From Desulfomonilia bacterium (GTDB lineage Bacteria; Desulfobacterota; Desulfomonilia; UBA1062), in the NCBI GenBank assembly GCA_963664325.2, contig CAXXDQ010000004.1, forward strand, positions 576,001 through 640,000: a stretch of 64,000 bases of DNA, in the 5' to 3' direction. The notes under the pieces are model-generated. The model was not told the origin of the DNA. It searched no databases and worked only from the letters and a program-made list of their open reading frames with translations. A program made the translations under genes and the position numbers. This document shows positions 26,777 through 37,883 of this stretch, piece by piece. Position 1 is the first letter of the stretch, and each line of letters opens with the position of its first letter.

Positions 26777-27838
26777 ATGAAAAAATCCAGGTTTGAGTTG
26801 AGTCACATTGAAACGGTCAGACGTTCCATCTATGTATTTCTCAGGGACGAACTCGAAAGGAAGTTAAGGGCGATTGCGCTCGAGAATCCATACAGGGTCT
26901 GCCGAGACAAAATGTGCCTGGTCTACCCCTATGTCGATCCCGGAGACATGAGGCCCAAGAAAAAGGAGTTTCTGGCGGAATCATCGGTGATAAGACCTTT
27001 TCTCATAATGTTCTGTGAGGAATCCATTGATGCCCAGCACATGAAGTACATAAGGTTCAATGACGACAACAGGATACGAAAGGACACCATTTCGATGGTG
27101 CCTACTGTGAACCTGAGAAGGTCATTCTCGTCAGGGATCAAATTTTTTGAAAAAGAGACTTTTTTTGAACTGCTTGAAAACCTCCTTGATGTCGATTACG
27201 GTCTTCTGATCCAGCGGGATGAACGCTACAGGAAGCACAACAGTTATGCGCTGACGCATTTTCATGTCAAGATAGACTGGCCTATTGCGGAAGCGGCTGA
27301 AAGCCTTTCAAAGGAGCTGAGATTTGTTTCAAAGAGCCTCTATGAACAGGGTGAGCGCTACGCCGAAATGCTGGAACAGAAACTATTTGAATACTATGGC
27401 TGCCACCACCAGTCCGTGGGCGGCAGGCGGACGGCTGCGCTCATTGCCTCGCAATACCTGAAATCACTGCCCGGCCTTTCGACCGTATATGTCGCCAGCG
27501 AGGAATCCCGAACACTCACCCGCTATTCGGAAAAAGGCGTTGCCAGGTATGCAATCATTCAGCTCGAAAAGGAATATGCCTCGCAGATCAGAGAGACCAA
27601 CAGGATCAATACTGAAACGTTTAAAAAGTCATATGTCCTAGGCGAAAGTGAAAAATTCTATGATGTGATTCTTTTTGTAACATATAAGCATACAGAATGG
27701 GGCGTGCCGCCTGCCGACGGAAAGCTCAGGATGGTAAAACCGGACTACAGCTGGATAGGAGTTGACAGCGAATTGATTCTCCCCCTTTCCAATTCGCTCA
27801 GCGCCCGTCCGATTAATGTGAAACTGGTCTACAAATAA
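26777..27838 (+). CDS. Hypothetical protein, 353 aa
   Basis: Long ORF with AGGGG RBS between rnpB and folD; no motif recognised. Confidence 0.8.
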   Translation: MKKSRFELSHIETVRRSIYVFLRDELERKLRAIALENPYRVCRDKMCLVYPYVDPGDMRPKKKEFLAESSVIRPFLIMFCEESIDAQHMKYIRFNDDNRIRKDTISMVPTVNLRRSFSSGIKFFEKETFFELLENLLDVDYGLLIQRDERYRKHNSYALTHFHVKIDWPIAEAAESLSKELRFVSKSLYEQGERYAEMLEQKLFEYYGCHHQSVGGRRTAALIASQYLKSLPGLSTVYVASEESRTLTRYSEKGVARYAIIQLEKEYASQIRETNRINTETFKKSYVLGESEKFYDVILFVTYKHTEWGVPPADGKLRMVKPDYSWIGVDSELILPLSNSLSARPINVKLVYK

Positions 27839-27858
27839 CTTTGAGTGGAGGTTTTATT

Positions 27859-28713
27859 TTGTCCAATATAATTAACGGGAAGGCCTTGTCAGAGAAGAAA
27901 AGGGCTGAGGTTGCAGTAAAGGCGGCTGAATTTACAGAAAAATACTCAAGGCCGCCCGGTCTGGCAGTCGTTCTTATCGGCGAAGACCCGGCGTCAGCCA
28001 TTTATGTCAGGAACAAGAATCTTGCCTGTGAAAAGGCGGGCATCAGGTCATTTTCATACCACCTTGACGAAAAAACTTCGCAGCAGGAAATTCTTGATCT
28101 TGTCAGAAAGCTTAATGCGGACAGGGAAGTTGACGGCATCCTGGTCCAGCTTCCCCTTCCCAAAGGGCTCAATCCACAGGAGATCCTGCTTGCAATAGAC
28201 CCGGCAAAGGATGTCGATGGTCTCCATCCCTGTAATCTGGGCAGGCTCCTAACGGGCGAGCCTACGCTCGTTTCATGCACGCCGGCAGGCGTCATGTATA
28301 TGCTGAAAGAATCCGGAGTTGAGCTCAAAGGGAAAGACGCCGTGGTCGTAGGGCGCAGCAATATGGTTGGCAAGCCGCAGGCGATATTGCTGATGGCTGA
28401 GCATGCAACGGTCACCATCTGCCATTCAAGAACCAGGGACCTCGACAAGAAGGTAGGCTCTGCCGATGTGCTGGTGGCTGCAATCGGCAAGGCGGAAATA
28501 ATCAGGGGATCATGGATCAAAGAGGGCGCCGTGGTGATCGATGTGGGTATGAACAGGACCGAAGCGGGACTTAAGGGTGATGTGGAATTTGCGGAAGCGG
28601 TAAAAAGGGCAAGCCTGATTACGCCTGTTCCGGGAGGAGTCGGACTTATGACGGTTGCGATGCTGCTGGAAAACACTGTTGCGGCTGCAAACGCACACGA
28701 GGAGGCCAGATAA
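27859..28713 (+). CDS. folD: Methylene-THF dehydrogenase/cyclohydrolase
   Basis: [37 protein letters not shown] and TPVPGGVG motifs; TTG 27859 after GGAGG. Confidence 0.96.
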   Translation: MSNIINGKALSEKKRAEVAVKAAEFTEKYSRPPGLAVVLIGEDPASAIYVRNKNLACEKAGIRSFSYHLDEKTSQQEILDLVRKLNADREVDGILVQLPLPKGLNPQEILLAIDPAKDVDGLHPCNLGRLLTGEPTLVSCTPAGVMYMLKESGVELKGKDAVVVGRSNMVGKPQAILLMAEHATVTICHSRTRDLDKKVGSADVLVAAIGKAEIIRGSWIKEGAVVIDVGMNRTEAGLKGDVEFAEAVKRASLITPVPGGVGLMTVAMLLENTVAAANAHEEAR

Positions 28714-29786
28714 TGCGCACGGCGCTTTATGATGACCATGTAAGACTCGGTGCCCGTGTGGTTGATTTCCATGGATGGGACATGCCGGTATGGTACACGG
28801 GCATCAAGGAAGAACATATGGCGACCCGCAACGCGGCAGGCATTTTCGATGCAAGCCACATGGGCGAGATATGGGTTAGCGGGCCCGGCTGTCCGGAATT
28901 CCTCAACAGGATTGTCACGGTTGATGTAGCCGTCCTGGAAAAAGGCAAGGTGAAGTACACCTTTTTCCTTAATGAGGAAGCAGGGATAATAGATGACATA
29001 ATAGTCTACTGCACGGAGCCGAACAAAAAATACATGCTGTGCGTCAATGCATCGAATATCGACAAGGACCTCGCCTGGCTCCGGGCGCATAAACCGGATG
29101 GCGTGAATATTGATGACAGGAGCCCGGTAACGGCAATGATTGCCCTTCAGGGGCCCCTTGCAGGAGAAATTCTGGGCAGGGTCATAAAGTTTGATTATGG
29201 GGCTTTGAAAAGGTTTTATTTCGTGACTTCAGACACTCCCTTCGGCGAGGTTATGATTTCCCGGACAGGATACACAGGCTCGGACGGTGTTGAAATATTC
29301 ATGGATGCCGTACATTCACCCGCTCTGTGGTCGGCGCTTGTTACGGCGGGTGCCACACCCTGCGGACTCGGGGCCAGGGATACGCTCAGGCTTGAAATGG
29401 GCTATCCCCTTCACGGCAACGACCTTGATGAGACTACAACCCCGATCGAAGCCGGCCTCAAATTTGCCGTTGATATGAACAAGCCCGCGTTCATCGGCAG
29501 GGCGGTGCTTGAAAAACAGCTGGCCGGGGGTTTAAAGAAAAGGCTTATAGGCCTGGTAATGGAAGAGAAAGGCATCCCGAGGCACGGGTATGCCTGCGAG
29601 GCGGAAGGCGCATCCGGCAGCATTACCTCCGGCAGCATTTCGCCCATGCTGGATACCGGTATTGCGCTTGCATACATGGATGCATCCATAAAAGACGGGG
29701 ATGCGGTTTATGTGGTTATCAGGGACAAGAAGCTTAGGGCCAGGGTTAAAAAACCGCCTTTCGTGAAAACGAATCTAACAAAATAA
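28713..29786 (+). CDS. gcvT: Glycine cleavage system aminomethyltransferase T
   Basis: F.GWDMPV.Y, FDASHMGE, SRTGYTG and GLGARDTLRLE motifs. Confidence 0.96.
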   Translation: MRTALYDDHVRLGARVVDFHGWDMPVWYTGIKEEHMATRNAAGIFDASHMGEIWVSGPGCPEFLNRIVTVDVAVLEKGKVKYTFFLNEEAGIIDDIIVYCTEPNKKYMLCVNASNIDKDLAWLRAHKPDGVNIDDRSPVTAMIALQGPLAGEILGRVIKFDYGALKRFYFVTSDTPFGEVMISRTGYTGSDGVEIFMDAVHSPALWSALVTAGATPCGLGARDTLRLEMGYPLHGNDLDETTTPIEAGLKFAVDMNKPAFIGRAVLEKQLAGGLKKRLIGLVMEEKGIPRHGYACEAEGASGSITSGSISPMLDTGIALAYMDASIKDGDAVYVVIRDKKLRARVKKPPFVKTNLTK

Positions 29787-29807
29787 ATAATTGTCAGGGG
29801 GAATGGC

Positions 29808-30197
29808 ATGAATATTCCGGGTGAGCTCAAATACACAAAAGACCATGAATGGGGAAAATGCGAAAACGGCAGGATGAAGGTCGGCATAACGGACTATGCC
29901 CAGAAGGAGCTTGGGGATATTGTCTTTGTCGAGATCAAGGCTGCCGGCACGAAACTGAAGAGCGGCGACACTATGGGGACCATAGAGTCGGTGAAGGCCG
30001 TTTCTGAAATATATGCCCCGGTTTCCGGGGAGATAGTCGAGATAAATACGTCGCTGCTCGATACGCCCGAACTCGTTAACAAAGACTGTTATGGGGAGGC
30101 CTGGATGGCGGTTATTGCGATGGACAGCCCCGCCCAGGTCGAGACCCTCATGGATGCGGCGGCATACGGGGAATACGTAACGTCAGAGGCCAAGTAA
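29808..30197 (+). CDS. gcvH: Glycine cleavage system H protein
   Basis: YTKDHEW, GITDYAQ and ESVKAVS (lipoyl-Lys) motifs. Confidence 0.97.
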   Translation: MNIPGELKYTKDHEWGKCENGRMKVGITDYAQKELGDIVFVEIKAAGTKLKSGDTMGTIESVKAVSEIYAPVSGEIVEINTSLLDTPELVNKDCYGEAWMAVIAMDSPAQVETLMDAAAYGEYVTSEAK

Positions 30198-31495
30198 TGT
30201 CTTTCGTACCGCACAGTGTTGAAGAAAGAGACCTGATACTTAAGACGATAGGCATCAGCGATGAGGATGAACTTTTTGCCGCGATCCCCCAGGAACTCCG
30301 TCTCAAGCAGAGGCTGAAAATACCGGGCCCTCTGGATGAGGAAACGATAAAAAGGATACCGCAGGGAAATTACGCAAGGGTCTTGTTTGCCGGAGGCGGC
30401 ATATACCGCCATCACATCCCTGCCGTTGTCGACATGCTGGCTTCACGCCAGGAAGTATATACCGCCTATACGCCCTATCAGCCGGAAATCAGCCAGGGCA
30501 CCCTTCAGACGATCTTTGAATACCAGAGCATGATGGCCGGCCTCACAGGCATGGATGTGGCGAACGCCTCCATGTACGATGGCGCAACGGCCCTGGCCGA
30601 GGCCGTACTGATGGCCCTCAGGGCAAAAGAGATTAAGCGCGTACTGGTCACAAGGTCCATGAACCCCGCATACCGTGCCGTGCTGAAAACATACATGGCT
30701 AACTTCGAAATTAAAATCGAAGAGGTCCCGTTCGATGCCGGGTCGGGGCAGGTTGACCTTCCGGCCCTGAAGGGCATGTCGGGAAGCGATTCGGCCTTTT
30801 TCCTGCAGAATCCCAATTTCTTCGGCATAATAGAACCGATGGACAAGGTTTCACCGCTTGCAGGAAATACGGCTTTCTGGGGCATCGTCACCGGAGATGC
30901 CGTCTCGCTCGGCCTTTTGAAAAAACCGGGCGTTTGGGGCTGTGATGTTGTAGCGGGAGACGCCCAGTCTTTCGGCAATCCCACAAGCGGCGGAGGGCCG
31001 ATGCTGGGATTCTTATGTGCAAGAAAGGACAATGTCCGGCGCATGCCCGGAAGAATCGTGGGACTTACTCAGGATGCCAGGGGGAACCCCGCATTCTGCC
31101 TTACGCTGTCAACCCGCGAGCAGCATATACGCAGGGAAAAGGCCACGTCGAACATTTGCAGCAATCAGGCCCTGTGCGCGACACGGGCAGCCATGTACCT
31201 GTCAGCCGTGGGACCGGCCGGGCTCAGGACTGTCGCGATTCAAAGCGCCAGGGGGGCCAGGCTTCTGGCCGACATCCTTGCCAGGAAAGGTTACGACCCG
31301 GTATTCAGCGCCCCGTTTTTCAACGAGTTCGTAATCAGGATGGATTCAAAAAAGGTGCTGGAGCTTGAAAATGAAGAAATAGTGCCCGGCATACAGATAC
31401 AAAGCTGCTATCCCGAAATCCCTGAAGCGGTCCTGGTAACCGTGACCGAGGCGAATACGAAAGAGGAAATGCGATGTCTGAACGAAAATCTATAA
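30197..31495 (+). CDS. gcvPA: Glycine dehydrogenase subunit 1
   Basis: TAYTPYQPEISQG, NASMYDG and REQHIRREKATSNIC motifs. Confidence 0.96.
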   Translation: MSFVPHSVEERDLILKTIGISDEDELFAAIPQELRLKQRLKIPGPLDEETIKRIPQGNYARVLFAGGGIYRHHIPAVVDMLASRQEVYTAYTPYQPEISQGTLQTIFEYQSMMAGLTGMDVANASMYDGATALAEAVLMALRAKEIKRVLVTRSMNPAYRAVLKTYMANFEIKIEEVPFDAGSGQVDLPALKGMSGSDSAFFLQNPNFFGIIEPMDKVSPLAGNTAFWGIVTGDAVSLGLLKKPGVWGCDVVAGDAQSFGNPTSGGGPMLGFLCARKDNVRRMPGRIVGLTQDARGNPAFCLTLSTREQHIRREKATSNICSNQALCATRAAMYLSAVGPAGLRTVAIQSARGARLLADILARKGYDPVFSAPFFNEFVIRMDSKKVLELENEEIVPGIQIQSCYPEIPEAVLVTVTEANTKEEMRCLNENL

Positions 31496-32958
31496 GCACT
31501 TTCCCGGAAATATCCGAGCCGGTCCTGAAATTCATCAGCGCCCGCGGAAAAAACAAGCGGACCGTGCCCCAGCCTTTCGGGCAGGGGATTCCCGGCGACC
31601 TGGCGGATACGGTTTCATCAGGGCCGCCTGAAATACCGGATATTTCAGAGGTCGAGGCTGTAAGGCATTTTACAAGGCTGTCGAAAATAAATTACGGCGT
31701 TGACCAGGGCATGTACCCCCTCGGGTCCTGCACGATGAAATACAACCCCAAGATATCCGAGGCGATTGCACAAGCCATTACGGACAAGCACCCGGGTGAC
31801 AAGTTTGCGATGAGCAATGTGCTCAGGGCTCTTGCCGCGCTCAAGCGCTATCTTGAGGAGATATGCGGAATGGAAGGCTGCTGCCTCTGGCCGGCGGCCG
31901 GGGCGCACGGCGAGCTGACCGGGATGCTCGTCATTAAAAAGGCCATAACTTCAAAAGGCGAGAAAAGGCCGATTGTTCTCATCCCGGATACTGCACATGG
32001 AACAAACCCCGCATCATGCGCCATTGCAGGGTTCCAGATAAAAAACATTCCTTCAGGGCCGGGCGGGTATCTTGAGGCGAAGACGCTCAAAGAACACATC
32101 ACGAAAGATGTTGCGGCGCTGATGATCACGAACCCGAACACGCTCGGCATATTCGAGCAGGAGATCAGGGAAATAGCTGACCTGCTTCATGCGAACGGTT
32201 CATACCTTTATATGGACGGCGCGAACCTGAACGCCATAATGGGCATTGCCCGGCCCGGAGACATGGGTGTGGACTGCATGCATGTAAACCTCCACAAGAC
32301 GTTCTCGACGCCCCATGGCGGCGGCGGCCCCGGCGCAGGGCCTGTGCTCGTCACCGAGGAACTGGAGAAGTTTCTTCCCGTACCGAGGATCGTGCATGAA
32401 CCTCACAAGCCCTTTGTTCTGAGCTATGATGCCCCCCTTTCCATCGGGATGGTGCATTCTTTTCTGGGCAACGCGGGAGTGCTGATAAGGGCTCTTGTCT
32501 ATATTGTCAGCATCGGCCCCAAGGGCATATTTGAGGCCTCCCGGACCGCAGCGCTCAATGCGAACTACCTCAAGAAGAAGCTTTCCGGGATATTCGATCT
32601 GCCCTATGATACGCCGACGCTGCATGAATTCGTGCTGTCCGATAAGTTGCAGAAGGACAGCCATGTGACTACGATGGATATGGCCAAGGCGCTGATGGAC
32701 TATGGTTTTCATCCGCCCACCGTATACTTCCCGCTTGTCGTCCCGGGCGCGATAATGATTGAACCCACCGAAACCGAGCCGCTTTCCGAACTCGACAGGT
32801 TTGCCCGGGCCATGGAGGAAATAGCGGGCCTTGCAAAAACCGATCCGGAATCCTTTCATGAAAGGCCGCTCATGACACCTGTTGCAAGGGTTGACGAGGT
32901 GAAGGCCGCCCGCAGCCTGATATTGTCCTGGAGCGAAATGGAATCCAATACCTTATAA
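31474..32958 (+). CDS. gcvPB: Glycine dehydrogenase subunit 2
   Basis: YPLGSCTMKYNP, AHGTNPAS, NLHKTFSTPHGGGGPG and IEPTETE motifs. Confidence 0.96.
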   Translation: MSERKSISTFPEISEPVLKFISARGKNKRTVPQPFGQGIPGDLADTVSSGPPEIPDISEVEAVRHFTRLSKINYGVDQGMYPLGSCTMKYNPKISEAIAQAITDKHPGDKFAMSNVLRALAALKRYLEEICGMEGCCLWPAAGAHGELTGMLVIKKAITSKGEKRPIVLIPDTAHGTNPASCAIAGFQIKNIPSGPGGYLEAKTLKEHITKDVAALMITNPNTLGIFEQEIREIADLLHANGSYLYMDGANLNAIMGIARPGDMGVDCMHVNLHKTFSTPHGGGGPGAGPVLVTEELEKFLPVPRIVHEPHKPFVLSYDAPLSIGMVHSFLGNAGVLIRALVYIVSIGPKGIFEASRTAALNANYLKKKLSGIFDLPYDTPTLHEFVLSDKLQKDSHVTTMDMAKALMDYGFHPPTVYFPLVVPGAIMIEPTETEPLSELDRFARAMEEIAGLAKTDPESFHERPLMTPVARVDEVKAARSLILSWSEMESNTL

Positions 32959-32969
32959 AACTCATCTAA

Positions 32970-33554
32970 ATGGATAAGATAAAAAATCCAGGTAATGAAG
33001 TTGAACTTGTAAGGAGGATAAAGGGCGGTGATTCGACCGCGGTTGAGGACTTTGTCAGGCAGTATTCTTCAAGGGTCTACAGCCTTGCCTATCAGCTTAC
33101 CCGAAGCACCAGCGCCGCTGAAGAGATCATGCAGGAGGTCTTCATTACCGTGATCTCGAAAATAGCCACCCTTGAGAACGAGAATTATTTCTCGACATGG
33201 CTGTACAGGGTGACGGCGAACGCGGCTTACGGCTATCTGAGAAAAGAGAAGAAGCACAGGGACCTAGTGCCGGTTGACGAAGTCGATGCCGGCTCTCAGG
33301 CTTTGTATGATTTGACAGACCTGCCCGATGACATTCTTCTGTCGGACGAGAGCAGGGATATTGTAAGGCAGGCTATTGACAGGCTGCCCGAAACACTGCG
33401 CACGATCGTAATCATGAAGGACGTGGAAGGACTGCAAAACGAGGAAATCGCAGAGGCCATGAAACTCTCGCTCCCGGCGGTCAAATCACGGCTTCACAGG
33501 GGAAGGCTTATGCTGAGGGATAAGCTCTCAAGGCATTTAAGGAGGTATTCATGA
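32970..33554 (+). CDS. ECF sigma-70 family sigma factor
   Basis: Region 2 AEEIMQEVF..FSTWLYRV; region 4 EIAEAM.LS.PAVKSRLHRGR. Confidence 0.93.
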   Translation: MDKIKNPGNEVELVRRIKGGDSTAVEDFVRQYSSRVYSLAYQLTRSTSAAEEIMQEVFITVISKIATLENENYFSTWLYRVTANAAYGYLRKEKKHRDLVPVDEVDAGSQALYDLTDLPDDILLSDESRDIVRQAIDRLPETLRTIVIMKDVEGLQNEEIAEAMKLSLPAVKSRLHRGRLMLRDKLSRHLRRYS

Positions 33555-33805
33555 AAGACGGCATGAAAAAATGCGACCGCTACCTGAAACTCCTCTGTGA
33601 ATATGTCGATTCCGAGCTTTCCGAAGACCTTCACGGCGAGTTCAAGAGCCATGTCGAGTCCTGTGAAACATGCTGGAAGATGTTCAGGACCTATAATCTC
33701 ACTGTCACCCTTTCAAGAAAGACAAGGGATATACACACCGTGACGTCGGAGCAGGTTGAAAGGCTCTGCACGATTATAAGCAGCCGTATGTGCTCGAAAA
33801 AATAA
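33551..33805 (+). CDS. Zinc-binding (zf-HC2) anti-sigma factor
   Basis: L.EYVDSEL and HVESCETC (HxxxCxxC); overlaps sigma stop. Confidence 0.88.
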   Translation: MKDGMKKCDRYLKLLCEYVDSELSEDLHGEFKSHVESCETCWKMFRTYNLTVTLSRKTRDIHTVTSEQVERLCTIISSRMCSKK

Positions 33806-33810
33806 TCCTG

Positions 33811-34536
33811 CTACGCGTCGATGCCCTTTAGATACTTTTCCCTGTCAAGCAGAAAGCCTCTGTAAATCCTGTAATAATCGGTTTCCTCGTATGATATCGG
33901 TTCAAGATGCTCCCTGTCGAAACTGATTATCCTGGCCCCCGGGCAGCTCAAAAGGATCGGAGAGTGTGTGGCGATTATAAACTGGGCATGGCCGTCCGAG
34001 CTCATCTCGGTCAGGAGCCTCAGGAATTCAATCTGCCTCTGCGGCGAGAGCGCCGTTTCCGGTTCATCGAGAAAATAAACGCCCTCGATTTTATACCGGG
34101 ATTTGAAAAACGACATGAAAGACTCGCCGTGAGACTGCGTGATAAGCGATTTGCCGCCGAAATAATCGAGCAGGCCCGGGTCGCAGCTGGCCCAGTCGTC
34201 AATGATTGTGGCCAGATGCTCATAGGATTCAGCCGAAAAATAGGCTCCGGGTTTTTTGCCGTCCGCCCAGACGACATCAATATAGCGGTAAAGTTCTTCT
34301 TCGTACGGGTTATAATCAAAGCGCGTCTTGCCGTATTCCTTCCAGATATAGATCCCGCAGCATTTGGTTATAGCCTTCAACAGGGTGGATTTGCCCGAGC
34401 CGTTCTCGCCGCAAAAAAAAGTTATCTTCGTATCGAAGGTAAGGCTCCGCGACTTTTTAAATACGTCCAGGTTGAAGGGGTAGACATCCTTTTGAGGATA
34501 ATCCAGGGGTCTGAATGTCAATTTCTTTAAATGCAT
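33811..34536 (-). CDS. Soluble ABC-type ATPase (COG3910-like)
   Basis: GENGSGKSTL, QSHGESF, LDEPETALSP.RQ and IIATHSPIL motifs. Confidence 0.9.
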   Translation of the reverse strand: MHLKKLTFRPLDYPQKDVYPFNLDVFKKSRSLTFDTKITFFCGENGSGKSTLLKAITKCCGIYIWKEYGKTRFDYNPYEEELYRYIDVVWADGKKPGAYFSAESYEHLATIIDDWASCDPGLLDYFGGKSLITQSHGESFMSFFKSRYKIEGVYFLDEPETALSPQRQIEFLRLLTEMSSDGHAQFIIATHSPILLSCPGARIISFDREHLEPISYEETDYYRIYRGFLLDREKYLKGIDA

Positions 34537-34625
34537 AATATATTTATTTAGCACATCTTGGTTGACGATGCCTGCCTGAATTTATAATAATGCATTCTTA
34601 TCTTTAATAATCCAGGAGGAATTTT

Positions 34626-36482
34626 ATGGCACAGATGATTCTTGATGAACGGGACCAGCAATTCATACTCTATGAAATGCTCGGGGTGGAGAAATTATGC
34701 GAAAAGTCCAAATTCGCCGACTTTTCAAAAGACATGTTCGACATGATTCTCACTGAGGCGCAGAAGATTGCAGTCGAAGAGATTTTCCCCACGCTTGCAG
34801 ACAGCGATAAAGAGGGGTGCAGGCTCGAAAAGGGCCAGGTATATGTCCCCAAATGCTTTGAAAAGGTGTTCAAGCTGTTCTGCGAAGGGGGCTGGATCGG
34901 AATGAGCTTTCCTCCCGAGGAAGGCGGCCAGGGTCTGCCCATTACTGTCAGGACGGCGGCGACCGAATGGTTTTTCCACAACTTCGCATTTATCTGCTAT
35001 CCTTTTGCATGTGAAGGGGCCGCACATCTGATAATGACCTACGGGACCGAGGAGCAGAAGCATAGATATATCCCCAAGATGCTTGCAGGCCAGTGGGGCG
35101 GGACCATGGTGCTGACCGAGCCCGGCGCAGGGACCGACCTCGGCAATATGACCACGAAGGCAATCCGCCAGCCTGACGGGACCTTCAAGATACAGGGAAC
35201 GAAAATATTCATTACGGCCGGCGACCAGAACCTCACCGAAAATATCATCCATCCTGTGCTTGCGAGGATCGAAGGCGACCCGGCAGGCACCAAGGGCATC
35301 TCGATATTCATAGTGCCGAAATACATCTTAAACGCTGACGGCAGTCCCGGCAAACGCAACGACTATGAGATCGCCAATATAGAAGAGAAGATGGGGATTC
35401 ACGGCAGCGCCACATGCCTGATCAATTTCGGCGACAACAACGAGTGCTACGCCGAACTTCTGGGCGAGGAAAGGGAAGGCATGAAGGTCATGTTCCAGAT
35501 GATGAACGAAGCCCGCCTGGCGGTCGGAATGCAGGGTATAGCAAGCGCTTCGATCGCCTACCTGCATGCGCTTCAGTATGCCAAGGACCGGCTTCAGGGC
35601 TCTTCGCTGCTCGAGATGAAAAATCCGGATGCCCCGCGCGTCCCGATCATTCAGCATGCGGACGTGCGCCGCAACCTTTTGTGGATGAAGTCGAACGTCG
35701 AAAGCATGCGCGCCCTGGGCTATTTCATCGGCTACTGCTTTGACATGCACCTGCTTGCGGAAACTCCGGAGGAAAAGGAAAAATGGCTCGGCCTGGCCGA
35801 GGTCCTGACTCCCATCTGCAAGGCCTACTGCTCGGACGTGGCATTCAAGGTCACCGAGACGGCCATGCAGGTCTACGGCGGATACGGATACTGCGCGGAA
35901 TATCCGGTGGAGCAGTTCCTCCGCGATGAGAAGATAGCCTCCATCTATGAAGGCGCCAACGGCATACAGGCGCTCGACCTGGTCGGCCGCAAGCTCGGCA
36001 TGAAAAAGGGCATGTATTTCATGGGGCTTCTCGGCGAGATGAACGCCTCCATCGCAAAATACAAGGATGTGGAAGGCCTCAAGGACCTGGCCGAAGACGT
36101 GCAGGCGGGCGTCAACACCCTGGCCGAGACGGCGATGTTCTTTGCAAAGTGCGGCAAGGAGGGCAAGTTCCTTGTGCCGGTCAACAATGCATACCCGTTC
36201 CTTATCCTGATGGGACGTGTGGTCTCGGCCTGGTTCATATTCTGGCAGGCGGGCATCGCCCAGCAGAAGCTTTCAGCAATCGCTGCTGAAAAGGGCATCG
36301 GCCTTGCCGACACGGCGCAGCTGGCCAGGGCGGGCAAGGATGCGGCCTTCTATATCGGCAAGATAAACGCCGCAAAGTTCTTCATCAGGAACGTGCTGCC
36401 TGAGATTGACGGCATCGTGAAGTCCATCAGGAAAGAGGATATGTCGATCCTGGAGATCCCGGAAGAAAGCTTCGCTTCATAG
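34626..36482 (+). CDS. Acyl-CoA dehydrogenase (long ~600-aa type)
   Basis: GTMVLTEP.AGTD, GTKIFIT, EEKMGIHGSAT, MMNEAR and IYEGANGIQALDL motifs. Confidence 0.95.
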   Translation: MAQMILDERDQQFILYEMLGVEKLCEKSKFADFSKDMFDMILTEAQKIAVEEIFPTLADSDKEGCRLEKGQVYVPKCFEKVFKLFCEGGWIGMSFPPEEGGQGLPITVRTAATEWFFHNFAFICYPFACEGAAHLIMTYGTEEQKHRYIPKMLAGQWGGTMVLTEPGAGTDLGNMTTKAIRQPDGTFKIQGTKIFITAGDQNLTENIIHPVLARIEGDPAGTKGISIFIVPKYILNADGSPGKRNDYEIANIEEKMGIHGSATCLINFGDNNECYAELLGEEREGMKVMFQMMNEARLAVGMQGIASASIAYLHALQYAKDRLQGSSLLEMKNPDAPRVPIIQHADVRRNLLWMKSNVESMRALGYFIGYCFDMHLLAETPEEKEKWLGLAEVLTPICKAYCSDVAFKVTETAMQVYGGYGYCAEYPVEQFLRDEKIASIYEGANGIQALDLVGRKLGMKKGMYFMGLLGEMNASIAKYKDVEGLKDLAEDVQAGVNTLAETAMFFAKCGKEGKFLVPVNNAYPFLILMGRVVSAWFIFWQAGIAQQKLSAIAAEKGIGLADTAQLARAGKDAAFYIGKINAAKFFIRNVLPEIDGIVKSIRKEDMSILEIPEESFAS

Positions 36483-36644
36483 GATATAAAGCGGCACCGG
36501 GCTTTTATCCCCGGCGGATCTGCAATATGCCGGGGAAGAAAGGTCCGGTGCCCCGTCCCGAGCGCCTGTCCCGTTTTGCCGTTTAAGCATTGTCCTTATT
36601 GTGGTAGATATAGCCCAGAAAAATGCCCCTGAAGGGAGTGTCTT

Positions 36645-37448
36645 ATGAAAAAGACTGTCAGCGTACTCGATGTTGTCCAGAGCAAAGGCAAAAAGCGCAT
36701 CGTCGTGGTGACCTCCTATGATTTCACGATGACGCGCATCCTCAATGCGACCGATGTCGATATAATCCTTGTGGGCGATTCCGCGGGGGGCGTGATAGCG
36801 GGCTATGACAACACCATCCCCGTCACCATGGACCAGATGATCTATCATACGAAGTGCGTTGCGGCCGCGAAGCCGAAAGCCCTCCTGGTGGGCGACATGC
36901 CCTTCATGTCCTATCAGGCAAGCGTCGAAGAGGCTGTCAGAAACGCCGGAAGATTGCTTAAGGAAGGGGGCGCTGTCGCCATAAAGCTCGAGGGCGGCAT
37001 CCGCATGATCGAGCAGGTAAAGGCCATCATCAGGGCCGACATCCCGGTCATGGGACACCTCGGTCTTACTCCCCAGTCGGTCTATGCATTCGGCGGCCAC
37101 AGGGTCCAGGGCCGCGGGGTCCCGGCGGTCAAAAGGCTCATGGACGACGCCCTTGCGCTGCAGGACGCCGGTGCCTTTTCAATCGTGCTTGAATGCGTGC
37201 CTGCACCTGTTGCGAAAAAGGTTACCGAGAAACTGTCCATTCCCACAATCGGCATAGGCGCGGGTGCGGCCTGCGACGGGCAGGTGCTGGTGATACAGGA
37301 TATGCTCGGCATGAACAAGGAGTTCAAACCCAAGTTCGTCAAAAGATATATGGAACTATGCGACACTATTGCGGACGCCGTAAACACCTACTCGGCGGAA
37401 GTCAGGGCCGGCACCTTCCCCGACGACGAGCATTCGTTTCTGGAATAG
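36645..37448 (+). CDS. panB: 3-methyl-2-oxobutanoate hydroxymethyltransferase
   Basis: TSYD, ILVGDS, GDMPFMSY, KLEGG, GHLGLTPQS and IGIGAG..CDGQVLV motifs. Confidence 0.97.
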   Translation: MKKTVSVLDVVQSKGKKRIVVVTSYDFTMTRILNATDVDIILVGDSAGGVIAGYDNTIPVTMDQMIYHTKCVAAAKPKALLVGDMPFMSYQASVEEAVRNAGRLLKEGGAVAIKLEGGIRMIEQVKAIIRADIPVMGHLGLTPQSVYAFGGHRVQGRGVPAVKRLMDDALALQDAGAFSIVLECVPAPVAKKVTEKLSIPTIGIGAGAACDGQVLVIQDMLGMNKEFKPKFVKRYMELCDTIADAVNTYSAEVRAGTFPDDEHSFLE

Positions 37449-37577
37449 CAACAGCAGGACAGATATGAGGGCTGAAGGAATTTTTTAATAGAGGGGTATA
37501 CTAAGTTATTTAAACATCAGCTTCCCCCTACGATTCCAGCCTATAAAGATATCCTGGGAGGTCTTGACAAATGAACA

Positions 37578-37883
37578 TTGCCTAAAATCATCGCGGGAAT
37601 CGGTTTTGTGATTATCTTGCTGGCTTGTTATGCCATTATTGATGAAGGCTCTTCTGGAGAATATTTTGAAACAGATACTTTAAATTTTTTTGAAGCGAAT
37701 GGCTTTGCTTTTTATAGGAATTTCTTTAGTTGTGTCAGCTATTTGTCTGAAGATATGTTTTATGTCCTAATTCATGGTGGGAACTATCAGGTCGGGTCGG
37801 AACTACTATTCAATATTATGACTGGTATTCTTACCAAGATACGCAATATCTTTCCAACCATTGAGCTAATCCATTTATTTTGA
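37578..37883 (+). CDS. Hypothetical protein in AT-rich islet (uncertain)
   Basis: 101-aa ORF with hydrophobic N-terminus; TTG start. Confidence 0.35.
   Translation: MPKIIAGIGFVIILLACYAIIDEGSSGEYFETDTLNFFEANGFAFYRNFFSCVSYLSEDMFYVLIHGGNYQVGSELLFNIMTGILTKIRNIFPTIELIHLF

Noticed and set aside
28002-29090. 362-aa minus-strand ORF and similar long antisense ORFs (e.g. 32200..32859, 43020..43766, 45155..46003)
   Set aside because: They overlap well-identified genes on the opposite strand and lack recognisable motifs.
33811-34536. ATPase as an anti-phage defence component
   Set aside because: Stand-alone COG3910-like ATPase with no nuclease or effector neighbour.
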